A stretch of DNA of 64,000 nt, from assembly GCA_038064895.1 (NCBI GenBank), contig JBBTSA010000009.1:13595-77594 (forward strand), given 5' to 3'. This document shows, in pieces, positions 59,448 through 64,000 of the stretch (the first letter of the stretch is position 1; every line of letters starts with the position of its first letter). The notes under the pieces are model-generated. The model saw only the letters and a list, made by a program, of their open reading frames with translations, ran no database searches and was not told where the DNA came from. The position numbers and the translations under genes are program-made. The stretch is from Patescibacteria group bacterium (lineage in GTDB: Bacteria; Patescibacteriota; Microgenomatia; Daviesbacterales; UBA10151).

Positions 59448-60196
59448 TATTTCCTCCTTTTTATAATGTACTTACCAGTCCATTTTTTCTTATTTCTTGT
59501 TTTTCCAACAGCTGGCCTTCCATAAACTGTCATTGGTTTTTTACGACCTATACCAGACCTACCTTCTCCACCACCATGTGGATGTGAATCAGGATCTTGA
59601 GCAACTCCCCTCACAGTTGGTTTAATTCCCCTATGTCTTGATGCTCCTGCCTTACCCAAGACTCTTTGGCGGACATCTGCATTTCCCAAAGTCCCTACTG
59701 TTGCCAAAGAACCCTCCGGCACCATTCTTATTTCTCCTGATGGCATTTTTAAATGAGCAAATCCTGCTTCTTTTGCCAAAAGCTGGATAGATATGCCAGC
59801 GCTTCTCCCTAATTGCCCGCCATGACCGGAAATAAGTTCTACATTATGAATTAAAGTTCCAATAGTAATATTTTTTAATTTCATTGTATTACCTATCTTT
59901 ACATCTGTTTTATCATCAGATAAAACTTTATCTCCAACTTTAAGACCTTCTGGTGTTAAAATATATCTGTACTCCCCATCACTATATTTGATCAAAGCAA
60001 TAGAAACATTTCTGTTTGGATCATATTCAAAATCCAAAACTTCTCCCTCAACACCAAATTTATCTCTTTTAAAATCTATTTCCCGATAATATCTTTTGTG
60101 ACGTCCTGCCTGTCCTCTAACAGTAACTCGTCCGCCAGACCTTCCGGAGTGTTTTTTTAAAATATGTTTTAAATTTCTTGTGTTGATCGTTTCCAT
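59447..60196 (-). CDS. rplB: 50S ribosomal protein L2 (N-terminally shortened)
   Basis: [23 protein letters not shown]. Confidence 0.96.
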   Translation of the reverse strand: METINTRNLKHILKKHSGRSGGRVTVRGQAGRHKRYYREIDFKRDKFGVEGEVLDFEYDPNRNVSIALIKYSDGEYRYILTPEGLKVGDKVLSDDKTDVKIGNTMKLKNITIGTLIHNVELISGHGGQLGRSAGISIQLLAKEAGFAHLKMPSGEIRMVPEGSLATVGTLGNADVRQRVLGKAGASRHRGIKPTVRGVAQDPDSHPHGGGEGRSGIGRKKPMTVYGRPAVGKTRNKKKWTGKYIIKRRK

Positions 60197-60211
60197 ATCT
60201 TTGATTCCTCC

Positions 60212-60637
60212 TTACGTCGGAATCACCTTTCTCTGTGTAGTAGGTGTGGCACCGGTAGCTCCCTTTTCTACACGCACTTTTGTCCTTCTTAAAATATCTT
60301 TTTTCTCTTTCAAAACTTGCGGTTCACCTTCCGCAGTTGTAACGGTAACTTCTTCTTTCGGTGTTTCAAAAATAGCTATTTTTTGATTTTTTGCAGTTTC
60401 AACAATAGCTTTTTTAAAGGAGTTGGTTTTGTAAAAGCCTCTTACTCTTTTTTGCTGTTTTATTTCGCCTTTAACATTAATTGTTTTAACATTTAATACC
60501 TTAACATTGAATTTACCTGCAACAACCTTGGCAATTTGTTTTTTAGTAGCATTTTTATCAACCTCAAAGGTATATAAATGCTGATCTGCAAGTTTAATGG
60601 ATTTTTCCGAAATTATCGGACGCTTAATTATTATCAT
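60212..60637 (-). CDS. rplW: 50S ribosomal protein L23 with C-terminal extension
   Basis: PIISEKS, YTFEV, ATK, KKAIV. Confidence 0.93.
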   Translation of the reverse strand: MIIIKRPIISEKSIKLADQHLYTFEVDKNATKKQIAKVVAGKFNVKVLNVKTINVKGEIKQQKRVRGFYKTNSFKKAIVETAKNQKIAIFETPKEEVTVTTAEGEPQVLKEKKDILRRTKVRVEKGATGATPTTQRKVIPT

Positions 60638-61383
60638 TTCTTTTCTCCTTTTCCACCCAATTTTGAAATTCCATCTTTGGTAACAACTAATACTTGATGT
60701 CGGAGAATATCGTATGCATTCAGCTGGTTAGTTGGTAGAACTGATATGCCTGGAATATTTCTTGCTGCCCGTACAATGTTATCTTGTTTTTCATCTGTGA
60801 CTATTAGAGCGGATTTAAGATTTAATTTTTTAGCAAGGTCAGCTATTTCTTTTGTTTTACCCGTTGCCTTTTCAACTCCAGTTATTCCAACAATTTCTTT
60901 ATCATTTGCCTTAGCAGATAGCGCAGAAATAAGGGCTCTTTTCTTCATCTTCTTTGGTAAATCCAAACGGACCCTTCTAGGCTTAGGACCAAAAGTTATC
61001 CCTCCACCCACAAAAATCGGAGCTGTTCTTGCACCATGTCTTGCTCTACCTGTTCCTTTTTGTCTATAAATCTTAGCTGTAGATCCTTGAACCTCACCTC
61101 TTGTTTTTGTTTTTGCTGTGAATCTTTTTTGATTTGTCATATAAACTCTTAAGGCTTGCGCTAAAAGGGTTTTATTTACTTCTTGTCCAAAAATTTCTTT
61201 AGATAAAGACAACCTTCCACTAGCTCTTCCAGCTAAGGAATAAACTGGAATACTCAATTTGTCATTGAGAGTCCGCCCACTGGCGGACGTGGCAATCTCT
61301 TTTTTAGATTGCTTCGCTTTCGCTCGCAATGACGAACTTGTTACTTGTCTCTTGTTACTTGTTACCTTCTTTTTAACTGGCAT
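60634..61383 (-). CDS. rplD: 50S ribosomal protein L4 with repeat-derived N-terminal extension
   Basis: KTRGEV, QKGTGRARHG, GGG..FGPKPR. Confidence 0.96.
   Translation of the reverse strand: MPVKKKVTSNKRQVTSSSLRAKAKQSKKEIATSASGRTLNDKLSIPVYSLAGRASGRLSLSKEIFGQEVNKTLLAQALRVYMTNQKRFTAKTKTRGEVQGSTAKIYRQKGTGRARHGARTAPIFVGGGITFGPKPRRVRLDLPKKMKKRALISALSAKANDKEIVGITGVEKATGKTKEIADLAKKLNLKSALIVTDEKQDNIVRAARNIPGISVLPTNQLNAYDILRHQVLVVTKDGISKLGGKGEKK
61261..61333. repeat. 73-bp palindromic miniature element in frame in rplD
   Basis: terminal inverted repeats GTCATTGAGAG/CTCGCAATGAC; internal TCCGCC..GGCGGA and GCAATCT..AGATTGC hairpins. Confidence 0.8.
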
Positions 61384-62167
61384 TTTGTTCTACCTCTTGT
61401 TTCACCTCGGAGGTGTCTTGCTTGCTTTCCACCTCGATCTTCACCTCCGAGGTGTTTGCTTCTACTGTTTCTTCCTCAGATGGCTTTTCTTCCGGTGGTG
61501 GAGTATAACCTTTAATTCTTCCCAATTTCTCAATCTTTAAAAGTCCTCCTGTTGGTCCCGGAACTGCACCTTTTACAGATAACATATTCTTTTCTTTATC
61601 TACTCCCACAACTTCCAAATTTCTTACAGATACTTTATCAACTCCCATATGCCCTGCCATTTTCTTACCTTTATAAACTCTTCCAGGAGTTGTTCCGCTG
61701 CCAATTGCACCGGGGGCTCTGTGTCTGTCTGATTGTCCGTGAGTTTTTGGACCTCCATGAAAACCGTGTCGTTTGACAACTCCTGCAAAACCTTTACCTT
61801 TTGATGTTCCAGTCACTTTAACAGCATCACCTATAGAAAAAACCTGATCCAGTGTAACTTCTGTTCCAGGCTTTAGTGACTCATCACTCTTATCCTCGTT
61901 ACCCTTATCCTCAATTTTGACTTCCCTAAACCAACGGATGGGGGGTTCAATTCCAGCTTTTTTGGCATGTCCAAGCTGGGGTTTTTTGACTGATTTTTTA
62001 CTTCCATATCCAAGCTGTATACCATCATATCCATCTCTGCCATCTTTACTTTTTACTTGAGTTACCAAGTTTGGCTGAATTTCCAAAATTGTTGCCCCCA
62101 CCCTGTGGCCTCGGGAATCATAAGTACTGGTCATGTTTTTTTTTACACCTAACAAAGTATTAATCAT
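61373..62167 (-). CDS. rplC: 50S ribosomal protein L3
   Basis: GTSKGKGFAG, HGQSD, GKKMAGHMG, KGAVPG. Confidence 0.97.
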   Translation of the reverse strand: MINTLLGVKKNMTSTYDSRGHRVGATILEIQPNLVTQVKSKDGRDGYDGIQLGYGSKKSVKKPQLGHAKKAGIEPPIRWFREVKIEDKGNEDKSDESLKPGTEVTLDQVFSIGDAVKVTGTSKGKGFAGVVKRHGFHGGPKTHGQSDRHRAPGAIGSGTTPGRVYKGKKMAGHMGVDKVSVRNLEVVGVDKEKNMLSVKGAVPGPTGGLLKIEKLGRIKGYTPPPEEKPSEEETVEANTSEVKIEVESKQDTSEVKQEVEQNAS

Positions 62168-62175
62168 AATGCACT

Positions 62176-62336
62176 AAAAAGAGTGACCCGCCAAAGGCGT
62201 GGTCACTCAGTAAGCCGTTTCAATCGCCGTATCATTTTAACGACGCACGATTTACTGAAATTTTCTTCTAAGATAACTTAAGAAGAATTAATCATTTTCT
62301 TACCAGATTTTAACACAAATTTACGCTCAATTGCAA
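62176..62336 (-). promoter_or_regulatory. promoter and structured leader with terminator upstream of rplC
   Basis: TTGCAA-N18-TAAAAT; terminator GAGTGACC-N12-GGTCACTC followed by T5, ending 8 nt before the rplC ATG. Confidence 0.65.
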
Positions 62337-62503
62337 GCGATAGCGCAGCTATCGTCCTGAGTATAGTCGAAGGGTCTGCGGGATCATAAAATGACCCCTT
62401 GACATTAGGGTTTTCTTGGGGTATTGTAGATAATGGAATCGAGAAACTGGTCGCCTTCGTCTAAAGACTTCGGCGGACCGAGGAAAGGGGGTGAGAAAAA
62501 GAA

Positions 62504-62740
62504 ATGGATAAAAAGAGTATAAAGCCAAGTGTGAAATCTTCAATGCTTCGAGCTGGAAAAAGAACCTACTTCTTCAACATTAAAGTTGCTTCTAATAATA
62601 AAAAGTATGTCACAATTACTGAGTCAACTTTTGAGGGAGAAGGTAAGGAAAGAAGATATAATTCTTTCTTACTTTGGCCAGAAAATATTGTTGATTTTCA
62701 AAAAAATTTAACTGAAGTCAGCAATTTCATGGTTCAGTAG
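62504..62740 (+). CDS. DUF3276/PUR-like nucleic-acid-binding protein
   Basis: LRAGKRTYFF..YVTITES; SD GAAAGGGGGTGA; TTGACA at 62399. Confidence 0.85.
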   Translation: MDKKSIKPSVKSSMLRAGKRTYFFNIKVASNNKKYVTITESTFEGEGKERRYNSFLLWPENIVDFQKNLTEVSNFMVQ

Positions 62741-62775
62741 TTGAGGAATAGAAACGCCGGCCGGCGAAGAACAAA

Positions 62776-63270
62776 TTAAGCTGCAGATAGAACTTGTTCA
62801 GCAAAATCTGCCATTGCTACTAAAGCTGCTCCAGCGATCTCCAGCTCATCTGGATAAAGCGGTACACCCTCTTTGGGTTTTTCCCACTGACCATCTCTTC
62901 CGAACATTAACTCCAGCCTAACCAATTTTTGAGCTGGATCATAATCAGTTGCCTCATCAGTATCATTATGCAGAAGTAATCTATAAGCATCTCTTGGGAT
63001 AGCTCCTCTCACAACAAAAAGGTGCATTGGAGACTCGATTGTAAAATGCGAAATTGATCTTTGCTCAACCATAAAACCTGGAAATCTTATTTCTTCCCGC
63101 AGTTCCATCAAATTTATATCAAAAGAAAACAAATCTGGTATATCTATGAGCTCTATTCCAAATCTCCAAAACAGATCTTCTTTATTAGGAATACTGGACA
63201 ATCTTCTTGCTGAATCAATCACTCCATCAGCTTGTTGTGCTAAAAGTTGAATTTCCTGTTCAGTAGCCAT
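62776..63270 (-). CDS. hypothetical protein
   Basis: 164-aa acidic ORF between rpsJ and rplC. Confidence 0.65.
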   Translation of the reverse strand: MATEQEIQLLAQQADGVIDSARRLSSIPNKEDLFWRFGIELIDIPDLFSFDINLMELREEIRFPGFMVEQRSISHFTIESPMHLFVVRGAIPRDAYRLLLHNDTDEATDYDPAQKLVRLELMFGRDGQWEKPKEGVPLYPDELEIAGAALVAMADFAEQVLSAA

Positions 63271-63384
63271 GTTTACATTTTCCCCTCAATATCCACCCCT
63301 GCCCCAGTCAAGTCTTACCACTCGCCTTTTCAGTATTATTCATACACGGCTCGTGGAGCGACTTTACGGGGCAATCGGCGTCGA

Positions 63385-63693
63385 CTACATTTTAACCTCA
63401 ATATCAACGCCTGCTGGGATTTCAAGATGCATTAGGGAATCTATGGTTTTTTGAGTGGGTTCTACAATATCAATAAGTCTTTTGTGGGTTTTAATTTCAA
63501 AAGCCTCTCTACTATCTTTATCCGTATGCGGGGATCTAAGTACTGTTATTCTTTCAGTTTTTGTAGGAAGGGGGATAGGACCAACTATTTTTGCTCCGGT
63601 TCGAAGGGCTGTATCCAAAAGGGTTTCACAGGTTGAATCAAGTACCCTGTGATCATATCCTTTTAATCTGACACGAATGCGTCCTCTTGGCAT
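63385..63693 (-). CDS. rpsJ: 30S ribosomal protein S10
   Basis: [29 protein letters not shown]. Confidence 0.97.
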   Translation of the reverse strand: MPRGRIRVRLKGYDHRVLDSTCETLLDTALRTGAKIVGPIPLPTKTERITVLRSPHTDKDSREAFEIKTHKRLIDIVEPTQKTIDSLMHLEIPAGVDIEVKM

Positions 63694-63766
63694 ATTTACA
63701 ACCTTTCAATGTGCTCGCCTCGTCCGCCTTTGGCGAGACGGGCTATTTTAAGTTATTTTGAGTAAC

Positions 63767-64000
63767 TTAAGCAATTATCTTTGTTATTACACCTGCACCA
63801 ACTGTTTTTCCACCTTCTCTTATTGCAAATCTTAATCCTTCTTCCATGGCAACTGGTGTAATTAGCTTTCCTGTGATTTTGATATTATCTCCAGGCATTG
63901 CCATCTCAACTCCTTCAGGTAGAGTAACCTCACCTGTAACATCTGTTGTTCTTATATAAAATTGTGGCCTGTAACCTTTGAAAAATGGTGTATGTCTTCC
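63767..64000 (-). CDS. tuf: elongation factor Tu, C-terminal part (runs off window)
   Basis: [23 protein letters not shown]...[13 protein letters not shown]. Confidence 0.97.
   Translation of the reverse strand, partial: GRHTPFFKGYRPQFYIRTTDVTGEVTLPEGVEMAMPGDNIKITGKLITPVAMEEGLRFAIREGGKTVGAGVITKIIA

Noticed and set aside
1222-63652. numerous 60-133 aa ORFs in the track overlapping larger genes (e.g. 12722-13081, 13609-14007, 37529-37930, 44858-45259, 60746-61069)
   Set aside because: Antisense or alternate-frame shadows of well-supported genes with no motifs of their own.

Overview
AT-rich, gene-dense bacterial chromosome segment using standard code 11. It is most likely from a Patescibacteria/CPR organism of the Microgenomates type. 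That assignment is inferred from the absence of rpmD/L30 in the spc operon, a short archaeal-type AspRS, an N-truncated L2, many apparently leaderless genes and characteristic miniature repeats. Positions 1-9.4 kb form an accessory island at the 3' end of tRNA-Gln(CUG). It holds a secreted lipase-like protein, a GT-C-like membrane protein, a BamHI-family R-M system with a controller and a LexA-like gene coupled to the methyltransferase, and a divergent three-gene operon: an unannotated small GIY-YIG-like gene broken by one TAA, a ComEC-type MBL hydrolase and a membrane protein. That operon is a candidate uncharacterised defence system. The core region holds gltX, dacA-like, aspS, recJ, cca, secDF, comM, rnpB, miaA, three GT-C glycosyltransferases, HU, rny, recX/recA, tRNA-Pro, metK with a SAM-I-like riboswitch, a TA pair, the S10-spc-alpha ribosomal protein cluster and the 3' end of tuf. 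Unannotated RNA-level control is prominent: two complete leader-peptide attenuators (Phe-rich ahead of an unknown 58-aa protein; QNNNQWYCY ahead of an Asp/Glu racemase) and a terminator-containing leader ahead of rplC in a split S10 operon. Several palindromic and heptamer mini-repeat families are inserted in frame in essential genes. All calls come from reading the sequence; no searches were run.
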